Below are positions 42,108 to 51,203 of a stretch of 51,203 bases of DNA, piece by piece. Position 1 is the stretch's first letter. Every line of letters starts with the position of its first letter. Below the pieces are notes generated by a model that did not search any database, was not told the origin of the DNA, and saw nothing but the letters and a program-made list of their open reading frames with translations. Source of the DNA: Candidatus Micrarchaeota archaeon (GTDB lineage Archaea; Micrarchaeota; Micrarchaeia; Anstonellales; Bilamarchaeaceae); contig JACCLI010000077.1 in NCBI GenBank assembly GCA_013425455.1, positions 1 to 51,203 on the forward strand. The letters run 5' to 3'. The position numbers were made by a program, and so were the translations under genes.

Positions 42108-42587
42108 TCATTTCTTTTTAGAAAGAATTATTTTCTGCTCTTCTATCTTCTCTAGAACCTTTTTTATATTTTTCCAATGCCCGCCTTCCCAATAGTTCTT
42201 CCCGCATCCTGTGCACTTCCAGCACCTCCTCTTCTCCGCAACCACATCATCCGGAATCCCTTCCAAAGAAGCGCAATCCTTCCCTTCCAATTCTCCATTG
42301 CACTCCGGGCATCGGGTCTTCTCCGGGAACCCCATTTTCAAATCATATTTATCCATAATTATGGCAAGGTCCTCCTCCAGCCTCTCCTGCTTCAAAAAAA
42401 GAAACGGAATCCCCGCCGCCCGCGCCCTCTCAGCCAGTTCCTCATCCTTCGTAAGCAGTATCCTCCCGCTCCTCTTCGCCTCATTCAACACAGCCGTATC
42501 ATTTCCCGTAAAGAATTCCGTATCATACCCAAGAAGCCGCAGCCACTTGGCTGTCTTCTTTATCATCTCGTCAGCGAGAAACCTCAT
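42108..42587 (-). CDS. Mut7-C (PIN-like) RNase domain protein with a zinc ribbon
   Basis: MRFLADEMIKKTAKWLRLLGYDT ... RCPECNGEL ... CWKCTGCGKNYWEGGHW is the DUF82/Mut7-C pattern. Confidence 0.8.
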   Translation of the reverse strand: MRFLADEMIKKTAKWLRLLGYDTEFFTGNDTAVLNEAKRSGRILLTKDEELAERARAAGIPFLFLKQERLEEDLAIIMDKYDLKMGFPEKTRCPECNGELEGKDCASLEGIPDDVVAEKRRCWKCTGCGKNYWEGGHWKNIKKVLEKIEEQKIILSKKK

Positions 42588-42639
42588 GCACACTGATATG
42601 AAAGAAAACTAAAATAAGGTGGAAGGATGGGCTTCCCGC

Positions 42640-42948
42640 TCATCCGACCAGCGAAATCTTAACGAAAACGGAATCCGGGATTTTAATCCTAAGCAGTTGC
42701 CTGATGGTCTTCTCGTCCCCGTCCACCACTATGAGCCTCTTTGAAATCCTCTTTTCCCAGTGCTCATAGGTATCGGACCCATCTCCGCAGGGAGTCCTCC
42801 TGCAATTCACGCTCAATCTCCTGCGCGGCATCGGGACGGGCCCAACGACCTTCATGTTCAATGCCGTGGAAAGCTCCCTTATCTGGCTAACCACGGTGTT
42901 CAGGTCGACAGGCTTCTCGCCTTTCAGTGTAATCTTTGCCTTAGTCAT
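42640..42948 (-). CDS. rps10: 30S ribosomal protein S10 (uS10)
   Basis: Start at ATG 42948 (MTKAKITLKG). The track's 40-aa upstream extension overlaps tuf and was rejected. Confidence 0.95.
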   Translation of the reverse strand: MTKAKITLKGEKPVDLNTVVSQIRELSTALNMKVVGPVPMPRRRLSVNCRRTPCGDGSDTYEHWEKRISKRLIVVDGDEKTIRQLLRIKIPDSVFVKISLVG

Positions 42949-42961
42949 CCAATCCCTTTGT

Positions 42962-44233
42962 TCACATCTTTTTCGGAACCACGTCCAGGACCACGCCCGC
43001 GGCGACGGTCTGGCCCATGTCCCTGATCGCGAACCTTCCCAGCGGCGGGAACTCGCTGAACTTTTCAATGACCACGGGCTTCAATGGCTTCATCTTTATG
43101 ATCGCCACGTCGCCGGTCTTGATAAAGTCCGGGTTCTTCTGCAGTGTCAGGCCCGTTTTCGGGTCCTTCTTCTCCACTATTTCCGTAACCCTCGCAGCGA
43201 ACTGCGCGGTGTGTATGTGGAGGACCGGAGTGTATCCGATTGAAATCGCGGTCGGGTGGTTGAGAACGACGATCTGCGCGGTGAACTCCTCGGCCACAGT
43301 TGGCGGCTTGTCCGCCGGGCCGATGACATCACCCCTCTTAATGTCCTTCTTGTCCACGCCCTTCACGTTGAACCCTACGTTGTCCCCGGGCACTGCCTCT
43401 GCCATCTCCTGGTGGTGCATCTCAATCTTCTTCACTTCCCCCTTCACTCCCGCGGGCATGAAGATAATCGCCATGTTCTGCTTCAGGATTCCCGTCTCCA
43501 CCCTTCCGACCGGCACCGTTCCGTGCCCGGTAATGGTGTAAACATCCTGCACAGGGAGCCTGAGCGGTTTGTCCGTTGGCTTCGCTGGCGGGACAAAATG
43601 GTCGATAAGCTCGAGCAGCGTCTGGCCCGTGTACCACGGCATGTTTGTGGATTTCTTCGCGATGTTGTCTCCGAGGTATGCGGAAGTGGGCACAAAGTGG
43701 ACCTTGTCCATCTTCCATCCCATCCCCGCGAGGAGCTTCGTGACCTCCTCCTTTACCTTGTCGAACGCAGCTTTATCGTAGTTCACCGCGTCCATCTTGT
43801 TCATGTTCACGATCATCTGGTTCATTCCCAGGACCTTCGCGAGGAAAGCGTGCTCCTTCGTCTGCGGCTGCACGCCATCCTTCACGGAAATCACGAGCAC
43901 CGCAGCATCTGCCTGGCTCGCGCCTGTAATCATGTTCTTGATGAAGTCCCTGTGGCCAGGGGCGTCGATGATTGTGCAGTGGTACTTCGCGGTCTCGAAC
44001 TCCTTGTGCGAAACCTCTATCGTCACTCCCCTCTCCCTCTCTTCTTTGAGGGTGTCCATGACGAATGCATATTCAAAAGTGGCCTTTCCGAGCCTCTCCG
44101 CCTCTTCCTTGAGCTTCCTCATCACGTTCTCCGGAAGTGCGCCGGTGTCGTAAAGCACCCTACCCACAGACGTAGACTTTCCAGAGTCCACGTGCCCGAT
44201 AAACACTACGTTCAAGTGTTCTTTCTTTGCCAT
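42962..44233 (-). CDS. tuf: Translation elongation factor aEF-1alpha
   Basis: [29 protein letters not shown] and NKMD GTPase motifs; 423 aa. Confidence 0.97.
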   Translation of the reverse strand: MAKKEHLNVVFIGHVDSGKSTSVGRVLYDTGALPENVMRKLKEEAERLGKATFEYAFVMDTLKEERERGVTIEVSHKEFETAKYHCTIIDAPGHRDFIKNMITGASQADAAVLVISVKDGVQPQTKEHAFLAKVLGMNQMIVNMNKMDAVNYDKAAFDKVKEEVTKLLAGMGWKMDKVHFVPTSAYLGDNIAKKSTNMPWYTGQTLLELIDHFVPPAKPTDKPLRLPVQDVYTITGHGTVPVGRVETGILKQNMAIIFMPAGVKGEVKKIEMHHQEMAEAVPGDNVGFNVKGVDKKDIKRGDVIGPADKPPTVAEEFTAQIVVLNHPTAISIGYTPVLHIHTAQFAARVTEIVEKKDPKTGLTLQKNPDFIKTGDVAIIKMKPLKPVVIEKFSEFPPLGRFAIRDMGQTVAAGVVLDVVPKKM

Positions 44234-44392
44234 ATCTACACCTCAATTTTTAACATTTCACACCGCTATCGCGATGCCTAGCGGAATTCTGATGAATTCC
44301 ACCATAATCTCCTGCTCCGCGTATAAACGCGAGAAAGAGTGTAATTCTTATTTATGGATTAGTTTTTAAACCTTGTTTTCGCTTGCTCATTT

Positions 44393-45109
44393 ATGTTGGG
44401 CATAATTGCCGGAAGCGGCTTGTATAATATAGGTAAAATGAAGGAGAAATCCGTCCCCACCCCCTACGGGAAGGCGCTCGTCTACAACGGGAAACTCGGG
44501 GGCGACGAAGTCCTCTTCATCCCCCGCCACAGGCCGGACCACTCCATACCCGCCCACATGGTAAATTACAAGGCAAACCTCTGGGCCATGGAGGAGGAGG
44601 GCGCCACCGCCCTGCTCACCTTCTATGCCGCAGGAGTAGTTTCCACCTACAAGCCCGGCGACCTCGTTCTCCTGCGCGACTTCATAGGCCTCTTCGGCCC
44701 CGCCACGTTCTACGATTCCTTCGAGTCCGGCATCCGCCACGCGGACATGTACAAGCCCTATGACAAGAAATTATGCGACATGGTGAAGGAGGCCGCCTCC
44801 GCGAACAGGTTGAAAATAAAGGACAAGGGCATAATCGCCACCACCCGCGGCCCCCGCTTCGAAACGGCAGCAGAAATCAGGGTTTTGGGGAAAATGGGCG
44901 CCAGTTTAGTAAATATGACCGCTTCTTATGAAGTCTCCCTCGCGAACGAATTGGAGCTTCCCCTCGCCTCCCTCGCAATCTGCACCAACTATGCCTGCGG
45001 AGTCAAGACTGGCAAGCACATGCTCCACGAGGAGGTAACAGCCGCAGTAAAAAAGAAGGAATTTGATGTGAACAAGATAGCAACCCTTCTGGCGCGGGAA
45101 GTCCTCTGA
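44393..45109 (+). CDS. MTA/purine nucleoside phosphorylase family protein
   Basis: GIIAGSGLY, FIPRHRPDHSIPAHMVNYKANLWAM and TRGPRFETAAEIRVLGKMGASLVNMT. Confidence 0.8.
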   Translation: MLGIIAGSGLYNIGKMKEKSVPTPYGKALVYNGKLGGDEVLFIPRHRPDHSIPAHMVNYKANLWAMEEEGATALLTFYAAGVVSTYKPGDLVLLRDFIGLFGPATFYDSFESGIRHADMYKPYDKKLCDMVKEAASANRLKIKDKGIIATTRGPRFETAAEIRVLGKMGASLVNMTASYEVSLANELELPLASLAICTNYACGVKTGKHMLHEEVTAAVKKKEFDVNKIATLLAREVL

Positions 45110-45174
45110 GCCGCCGTCTTTCTCTATTCGATAACTTTATAAATAGTTTTAGAGTATGTTAATTAGTGTAATAT

Positions 45175-46626
45175 ATGTCCGGACCGGAGGGTTTATCCAT
45201 AGAGCTTCCCAAGCACCGCGCAGCCGTTACCCAGCTCGTGAAGCAGTGCGGCCCGAGGAAGAGAAACAATTTCGCCATATGCGGTGGCGCAGCCGTAGAC
45301 ATACTGATGAATGCCGACAAGGTGGAAGGCGCAACTCTCAAAAGCCAGAAAAGGGCCGACCGCCCTTTCGGCGACGTGGACATCGTATCATTTAGGGGCA
45401 ATCCTCTGCACATTGACTGCAAAACCCCCCACGTCCATAAGATGCTTGTTGTTAATGCGGATGGAGAAGAAATTCCCGTCCATCTCGACCATATCCGCAG
45501 CCCAGCCAACTATTTCGATTTCAGGCCCATCACGATTGATGATACCGTGGTTGCAACAGTCAATGGAACAAAATTCCGCGTAATGTCCCCGGAAACACAC
45601 ATCGCCGCGGTACTCTCCGCATCCGCTTGCATCCCAAAGAACGCTGCAGACATAATCTCCCTTTCGCGCAGGTTCAGGCTGGACAGGGAAAAGCTTGCCG
45701 CCCTCTGCGCAGGCACTCACGCTGCCAAGTTATTCTTTGGCGACGAAATCGCAAACCCGGCGAAATTCTTCGGGGCTGAGGATTATGAGGCGAGGCTGAA
45801 GCAGAGGCTGATCGCTCGGCTCTCGCGCCCTCCCTACCTGTTCGACCCTTCCGAACTGGGCGAGTTCAGCATATACAATCTCTATAACCTCTCGCTGGTG
45901 CACAAGGGTGTTTTTTCATCCCTGCCAGAAGTCCCGCACCTGCCCTGGAGGGTTTCTTCTTTTGTTGAAGTGGTCCTGTTCCACGGGCTGCGCACTTTCA
46001 GTGTTGGCGGCAGGCCGATGCGCTATAGGGAAGATAGGCCGCTCGCCATCAACCTGGAAAACGGCTACGACAAGGGCCGCTTAGACGCGGGCTGCATAAT
46101 GGATGTCCTCAGCCGCTATGGCGATTACCACAAGCATCACTACGCGGGCGATTTTCCCGAAATGTTCTCACGGTTCCTGCACGCATATCTCTCCCTTCTT
46201 GCCTCCCCGTGCCAGAGGATTGGAGGCGTTGGCCTCGCGCGCAATACTGAAAAGAACGTGGCCCGTTCCCTGCCCACATTCACCTTCGGCAATCATGACC
46301 TGTATCTCCCATACAACACAAGGATGCTGAACCTCGCCTTTGAATTATGCTCCCTCAGGCAGGAGCTCTGCGCCGCAGCAAAGGAACGCGGCGCGCCAGC
46401 CTGGTCCGGCCCACAGATAACCGCATTAACAAAAGATGCCATTGCATGCCTGCCAGGCGCCTTGTTTGAGATATTCCCGTTCATGGCCGAGTTCCGGGCC
46501 AGGATTTCAAAGATGAGGGGCATGCTTGCAGACGGTGCTGATTTCGAAAAAATAATTTATAAATTCAGCCGCCTTTTCTCGGGCAGGGGCGTTGAGGAAA
46601 TGAAGAAGAGGTGGAAATCATGGTAG
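45175..46626 (+). CDS. Nucleotidyltransferase-fold protein (AbiEii/MNT-like N-domain) with a ~300-aa unknown C-region
   Basis: FAICGGAAVDIL ...(about 20 aa)... RPFGDVDIVSF fits the GG...DxD pol-beta NTase motif. A later RVMSPETHIAAVL helix is present. TATA-like CTTTATAAATA lies about 30 nt upstream. Confidence 0.6.
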   Translation: MSGPEGLSIELPKHRAAVTQLVKQCGPRKRNNFAICGGAAVDILMNADKVEGATLKSQKRADRPFGDVDIVSFRGNPLHIDCKTPHVHKMLVVNADGEEIPVHLDHIRSPANYFDFRPITIDDTVVATVNGTKFRVMSPETHIAAVLSASACIPKNAADIISLSRRFRLDREKLAALCAGTHAAKLFFGDEIANPAKFFGAEDYEARLKQRLIARLSRPPYLFDPSELGEFSIYNLYNLSLVHKGVFSSLPEVPHLPWRVSSFVEVVLFHGLRTFSVGGRPMRYREDRPLAINLENGYDKGRLDAGCIMDVLSRYGDYHKHHYAGDFPEMFSRFLHAYLSLLASPCQRIGGVGLARNTEKNVARSLPTFTFGNHDLYLPYNTRMLNLAFELCSLRQELCAAAKERGAPAWSGPQITALTKDAIACLPGALFEIFPFMAEFRARISKMRGMLADGADFEKIIYKFSRLFSGRGVEEMKKRWKSW

Positions 46627-47906
46627 GACGCCCGCATCTCGCGATGTTCGTCACCGACCTGCACGGCAACAGGCGGGTGAGGGAGGCGGCTTTCCGCAGG
46701 GCAGCGGAAGCGGGGGTCAAAACGCTCATAATAGGCGGCGACCTCAACCCGAAGAAAATCCACATAAGGCTCAACGATGGCGGGTTCCTTTTCCCGGATA
46801 CGGTCCTTTTGCATGGCCTCATCCACAGCATAAGGGACGGGACCCTCTACTCGGAAACTCCGAAGTTTCCCTTCGCAAGCGACTCGGATGTTGACGCATA
46901 CATAGATGTCCCCCACAAGAACGCATCCAGGAAATGGCTTCAATCCGCGGTGGAGGGGATTAAATGGCTTTCATTCTGGCCCCATTCCGCCTACCCTCCG
47001 CACAGGGAAAGAATCCTTGCGGACTTAGGTACACTGGACCAGATAGTCATCCCATCCGTAAGGAAGGCCCTGCCGAAAGACAAGGACAATGTATTCTATC
47101 GCGCGCCAACGAGCAGGCTGAGGACCTCATTCCTAGCGAAGGAAGCATCTGGATACCAGTATGACATCTTCTCTCAGGCACTGATGCAGCCCATTGTGAG
47201 GAGCGCGGTCGGGATTGCTGAGAAGGGCATCGCCAAGCTTTTGTCCGATATGCTCAAGCTTCTTGAGAGCTATGGAAAGATAGAAGAGGCGCAGAGGAGG
47301 TATGTGCGCGAAACCCTGCTCCCAAGCCTCCGTGAATTCTCCGCCAGCACGGGCGCCAATGTCTTCATAATGCCGGGCAACGACGACGTTTTGGCGGTTG
47401 AAAAAGAGCTGGAGGAAGGCTCCCCCGGCCGCATTAGGCAAATCAACCAAAAGGCGTTCGAAATTGAGGCAGGAGTCTGGATTGCGGGCTATTCCGCAGT
47501 TTCATTCCTAAGCGATAATGTCACTATGAGAGACTGGGTAAGGCCGGAAGGCAAAGTGGCCGATGACCTCAGGAGGCTCGCATCCCTTTCGGACCCGACC
47601 AGAACAATCTACTCAATCCATGTGCCGCCCTCAGGCGTTCCTTTCTCGCGCTTCTATCTGGAAGGAAGAGAATTTGACGGCGGCAGCACGGCAGTGAGGG
47701 AGTTCATCACATTGAACGCCCCCCGCCTCACCCTGCACGGACATATCCACAGCGGGCCGGATTCCAGCGGAGTATGGAAGGTCAGCCTTGCGCCCGGCTC
47801 AATATCCGCAAATCCGGGGGCTAATCAGGAGATTTTCGCTGACACGCTGATATTTGACATCCACAATCCAGAAAACATGCAGAGGGTAAAGATACCCCTC
47901 ATCTAG
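46620..47906 (+). CDS. Calcineurin-like metallophosphoesterase with a ~200-aa insertion
   Basis: Motifs in order: FVTDLHGN, IIGGDL, FIMPGNDD, IHVPP, LHGHIHSG. The ATG at 46620 overlaps the upstream stop by 7 nt. Confidence 0.8.
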   Translation: MVGRPHLAMFVTDLHGNRRVREAAFRRAAEAGVKTLIIGGDLNPKKIHIRLNDGGFLFPDTVLLHGLIHSIRDGTLYSETPKFPFASDSDVDAYIDVPHKNASRKWLQSAVEGIKWLSFWPHSAYPPHRERILADLGTLDQIVIPSVRKALPKDKDNVFYRAPTSRLRTSFLAKEASGYQYDIFSQALMQPIVRSAVGIAEKGIAKLLSDMLKLLESYGKIEEAQRRYVRETLLPSLREFSASTGANVFIMPGNDDVLAVEKELEEGSPGRIRQINQKAFEIEAGVWIAGYSAVSFLSDNVTMRDWVRPEGKVADDLRRLASLSDPTRTIYSIHVPPSGVPFSRFYLEGREFDGGSTAVREFITLNAPRLTLHGHIHSGPDSSGVWKVSLAPGSISANPGANQEIFADTLIFDIHNPENMQRVKIPLI

Positions 47907-48972
47907 TCACTTTTATCTTTTCCATCTCTTTCAGGTATTCCTCGTGCTTCCCGAAGTACTCCCTCGCCGGCTTAAGCATTGAGCAAAGCTCCCTCGCCAC
48001 CGCGTTCTTCAGGTCCATCGGATGCAATTTCCCTTCCGCATACTCGCTCTTCAGCTGCGCAACATCCGCAATCTCAAGGTCCCCGCCGAATTTCGCGGGC
48101 CTCTCTATTTTGAGCGCCCTGTCCCTCAGCACGAGCATCTCCGCATACTGCACAACCGGGTTCCCCTCCAGAATTTTGGGCGCACAATTCGCCTTCCCTA
48201 TCTTCCTTCTAATCTCTTCCTCGCTCTCATGGATGAATATCGCGGAATCCGGAACGCTCTTGCTCATCTTCGCATCAATAACCTCATCCTCGGTAGGGTT
48301 CATCCTGAGGGAGCTCTGCAATCCCGCCAATAATCCAGTGTGCAATGCAATCGGCTTCTCCTTCCCCAATTTCGGCGCAATCTCGCGTGCGAGCATGTGG
48401 ATTTTCCTCTGGTCCATCCCCCCGTGCGCGATATCCACCCCGAGCATGAAGATGTCCGCGGCTTGCATCGCAGGGTAAAGCACCCCGGCGCTGCTCAGAT
48501 TGTCCGTCTCCTTCCTCCCCATGATGGTGACGCACCTCATCATCCTGTTCATTGTCGTATTGCGGGAAATGTCCAGCACCATCTTCCAGTACTCATCATT
48601 GTACATCCTGCTCGCAAGTACGTAATCCACTTTGTCCTCCGGCAATCCCAATGCCACAAACGCGTGCTTGAAGTACCCCGCCGCAATCTTCCTGATTAAT
48701 TCCAAATCCCCGCCCATCTTCCCATTTATCCACGTATGGTAATCAGCAAGGAATATGGTCGGCTTCACCCCGGCCGCAATCAAATCCTTCAATTTAAGAG
48801 AGGTAAGCAATCCCGTCCCCAGGTGCACATAACCCGAAATCTCGAACCCTATATAGTGCTTCGGATGGGCCTTCGTCTCGAATAAGCTCTTCAGCTCCTC
48901 ATCCGTCACCAATTCAATGGTGGGAGTCCTTTTCACAAGTTCGACCTTTCCTTCCACGTCCATTAAATCCAC
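47899..48972 (-). CDS. tyrS: Tyrosyl-tRNA synthetase
   Basis: GFEISGYVHLG (HIGH-type), FLADYHTWIN, YPAMQAADI, GGMDQRKIHMLAREI and KMSKS. Confidence 0.88.
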   Translation of the reverse strand: MDLMDVEGKVELVKRTPTIELVTDEELKSLFETKAHPKHYIGFEISGYVHLGTGLLTSLKLKDLIAAGVKPTIFLADYHTWINGKMGGDLELIRKIAAGYFKHAFVALGLPEDKVDYVLASRMYNDEYWKMVLDISRNTTMNRMMRCVTIMGRKETDNLSSAGVLYPAMQAADIFMLGVDIAHGGMDQRKIHMLAREIAPKLGKEKPIALHTGLLAGLQSSLRMNPTEDEVIDAKMSKSVPDSAIFIHESEEEIRRKIGKANCAPKILEGNPVVQYAEMLVLRDRALKIERPAKFGGDLEIADVAQLKSEYAEGKLHPMDLKNAVARELCSMLKPAREYFGKHEEYLKEMEKIKVTR

Positions 48973-50739
48973 CTAAATCTTAGAAATGAACCAAAGCGCG
49001 GTTATTACCCCTCCAAATATTATTAATGGCGCCGCAATCCTCGCCACCGCCACTATTGCGTTCACCGTGCTCACCATCTCTATTGCCTGCCTTACCCCGA
49101 ACGCCTTTATCCCGACAATGGTCCTCTCCCCATGGAATTGCGCATCCCCCAGGTCAAAGTAAGCCGCAGTCACCAGCTCCTTTATCTTCGTGGTAATCCT
49201 GTCATCCTCCTGCAATGGATTCACCACCCCCTTCACCGTATTCACTTTATGGGTATCCGTGGTATAAATCGCAGGAACAGCTTCGCCCCATCCTGTCCGC
49301 TTGAACATGCCTGCAACTTCTCCAATCAGCTTCTCCCGGAATTTGGGCGTAATCCCATTAGAATCCAATAATATGATCACATACTTAGGCTCGGTATCAA
49401 AAACCGCCACCTTTATCCCCGCAGGCCCGATTGTCGCATTCTCCAGCAACCCTTCCGCGCTCCCAATCCTTAATTTCCTCTCCTTCCCCTTCGCCTCGCA
49501 TGCCTTCCCCACCGCGGACATATACCTGAACCCAAACGGCGTCCCCGGCTCCACATATTGAATCTCGCCCGTTTCCGAATTATGCTCATCCGCCAGCGCC
49601 GCCACTTTTACTCGTTTCTCCGCCTCGGATGTGAGCGCAATCCCCATCCCCAGAGAAAAGTCCTCGCAAGTCTCCGGCGCCCGCGTCAATCCCATAAAAG
49701 CCGCATCCCCTATCCTGAGGCACTCTGCCCTGCACTCCCCCTCCTTTCCCTCCACGAATGCCGCCTTTGCCTCTTTTGGCTTCGCCCCAACAAGGATCTC
49801 CCTGCACTTATCCGTGATCTTCCTCAGCTCGCTCACCGAAACCGGGTTCATGTCGTGCGTCGCGAGCCCGTGAAAAACAAACACCTCCCTCTCCTTCTTC
49901 TCCCCATTATCCCCAAGCGCCTTCGCAATCAAATATGAAAAGTTGCTTCCCCCCAATTCTCCGAACGGCCCAAAGTGCACATACGGAACCACGAACGCAA
50001 TCTCCTTCTTCTCTTTCCTAAACAGAAAAACAGATAAGTAGGTCTCCACGTCCTCCCCCACCTTCCTGAACGCATTCTCAATGTCCTTCGCATTGTAGAA
50101 CCACTGCCCAAAAAACATGGACACCGCGTCCGTGCTCGCCACCCCGAACGTCCTCTTCATCGGCGCATTAATTATCCAGAAAAACAGGTAGAGCGCCCCC
50201 AGCAGAATGAGCGACGCCGCATAGAACTTTATGATTACGCTCTCCGGCGTCCCTTCAAACGGCAATAATCCATTCGTTATAAGGAAGAACGCGTGCAGCA
50301 GCAACTGCAGGAACGCAAAAATTAGAGACCTCCATCTCAGCACAAATACTATTCTCGCAATCAGATACCAAAGTATGAACACGAATGCGCTCCCCAAAAA
50401 TACTATCTCCAGCCCAAGCGGAATCCCAAAAATTGGCAGGGAAACCGCCACCATATACGTGGCCGCATAAATGAATTCCCCAATCAGCGCAACCGCGGTG
50501 ATCCTCCTTATGGGCACCTTCATCATCATCGCTTTCCCCACAAGGATTGAGAGGAACCCGGGCACCGCAAGCACATAGAAGGAAGTCAGCCCCGCCTCCA
50601 GGAAGTTCTGCCCTGTGAGCGCGGCGAGCGCCATCCCGAACCCTATCGCGACCACTAGTATGGCCGCCGCAAGGGTCCTTGCGCGTGGGAGGGCCACAAA
50701 ATATTTCGTGAGCCCCACCGCCTTCTCCATGCTGCTCAT
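48973..50739 (-). CDS. Multi-pass membrane protein with a large soluble C-domain (DUF2070-like)
   Basis: 588 aa with about 6 N-terminal TM helices, a soluble domain and a terminal TM helix. The family name is from memory and has low certainty. Confidence 0.65.
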   Translation of the reverse strand: MSSMEKAVGLTKYFVALPRARTLAAAILVVAIGFGMALAALTGQNFLEAGLTSFYVLAVPGFLSILVGKAMMMKVPIRRITAVALIGEFIYAATYMVAVSLPIFGIPLGLEIVFLGSAFVFILWYLIARIVFVLRWRSLIFAFLQLLLHAFFLITNGLLPFEGTPESVIIKFYAASLILLGALYLFFWIINAPMKRTFGVASTDAVSMFFGQWFYNAKDIENAFRKVGEDVETYLSVFLFRKEKKEIAFVVPYVHFGPFGELGGSNFSYLIAKALGDNGEKKEREVFVFHGLATHDMNPVSVSELRKITDKCREILVGAKPKEAKAAFVEGKEGECRAECLRIGDAAFMGLTRAPETCEDFSLGMGIALTSEAEKRVKVAALADEHNSETGEIQYVEPGTPFGFRYMSAVGKACEAKGKERKLRIGSAEGLLENATIGPAGIKVAVFDTEPKYVIILLDSNGITPKFREKLIGEVAGMFKRTGWGEAVPAIYTTDTHKVNTVKGVVNPLQEDDRITTKIKELVTAAYFDLGDAQFHGERTIVGIKAFGVRQAIEMVSTVNAIVAVARIAAPLIIFGGVITALWFISKI

Positions 50740-50772
50740 AGGGAGAGAGTTCCCATTCAGGAATTTAAAAAT

Positions 50773-51203
50773 CTACCTCTCTGCAAACCCATACTTTCCA
50801 ATGAGCGGAACAAACATTACCGGAAGAATCCTCTCCGTTCTCCCGCCCCTCTTCTCAAAAAGAACCAGGTCCTGCACGTACTCCCCCACCGGCGCAACCA
50901 ATTTCCCATCCTTCTTCAATTGCGCAACCAAGGGATGATCCAAATCCAAAGAGGGAAGCGCCGCAGTCACAATCACCCTGTCATAAGGCGCCCCTGGCGC
51001 ATACCCCCCGCTCCCATCACCCACTATAATCTCTATATTATCCATACTAATGCCCACAGAAGCAATATTCGCCTTCGCCAATTCCGCCAGCTCCGGCACC
51101 CTTTCCACGCTCACCACCTTTCCCCCGCTACCAACCAACACCGAAAGAAGGGCACAATTATACCCGCTCCCAGCCCCCACTTCCAATACCCTCATCCCCT
51201 CCC
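50773..51203 (-). CDS. pcm: Protein-L-isoaspartate O-methyltransferase; N-terminus off the window
   Basis: VLEVGAGSGYNCALLS (SAM motif I), GDG..GY....PYDRIIVTAA-type motif and PLV.QLK.GG.LV-type motif. The ORF is open to the window edge. Confidence 0.9.
   Translation of the reverse strand, partial: EGMRVLEVGAGSGYNCALLSVLVGSGGKVVSVERVPELAELAKANIASVGISMDNIEIIVGDGSGGYAPGAPYDRVIVTAALPSLDLDHPLVAQLKKDGKLVAPVGEYVQDLVLFEKRGGRTERILPVMFVPLIGKYGFAER

Noticed and set aside
44285-44310. CTGATGA inside the GGAATTC palindrome, considered as box C of a C/D box sRNA.
   Set aside because: No matching box D (CTGA) at a suitable distance, no C'/D' pair and no terminal stem.

Overview
This is an archaeal chromosomal segment, moderately GC-rich by eye and densely coding on both strands. 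Archaeal markers present are gatD and gatE, topoisomerase VI subunits A and B, aEF-1alpha with uS10, uL11, Cdc48, Bud32, an archaeal-type SRP RNA and tRNA-Thr(GGU). I saw no rRNA, CRISPR array, integrase or transposase. The mix of giant ORFs, many small secreted or membrane proteins, a truncated NFACT protein and a ferredoxin-domain-free [FeFe]-hydrogenase suggests a reduced-genome (DPANN-like) archaeon, but that is inference only. Several accessory modules sit among the housekeeping genes. (1) About 7.2 kb lies between gatE and gatD. It holds a Fic cassette bounded by repeats and a gatE 5' remnant, then a 1314-aa protein whose C-terminus looks HicA-like, followed by a HicB-like small gene. 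Two paralogous genes with near-identical promoters flank this pair. This is my best candidate for an undescribed polymorphic-toxin-like conflict system. (2) A 1633-aa signal-peptide, single-TM, zinc-ribbon protein is start/stop-overlapped (ATGA) with a 776-aa Cys-rich lipoprotein that has a possible SLT/lysozyme-like motif set. (3) A nucleotidyltransferase and metallophosphoesterase gene pair. (4) A secreted DUF333, Kazal-like and pacifastin-like protein. Two short gene-end remnants, one from the gatE 5' end and one from the KH-protein 3' end, differ from the live copies only at synonymous sites and look like recombination or integration scars. All family assignments come from motif reading by eye. 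No searches were run.
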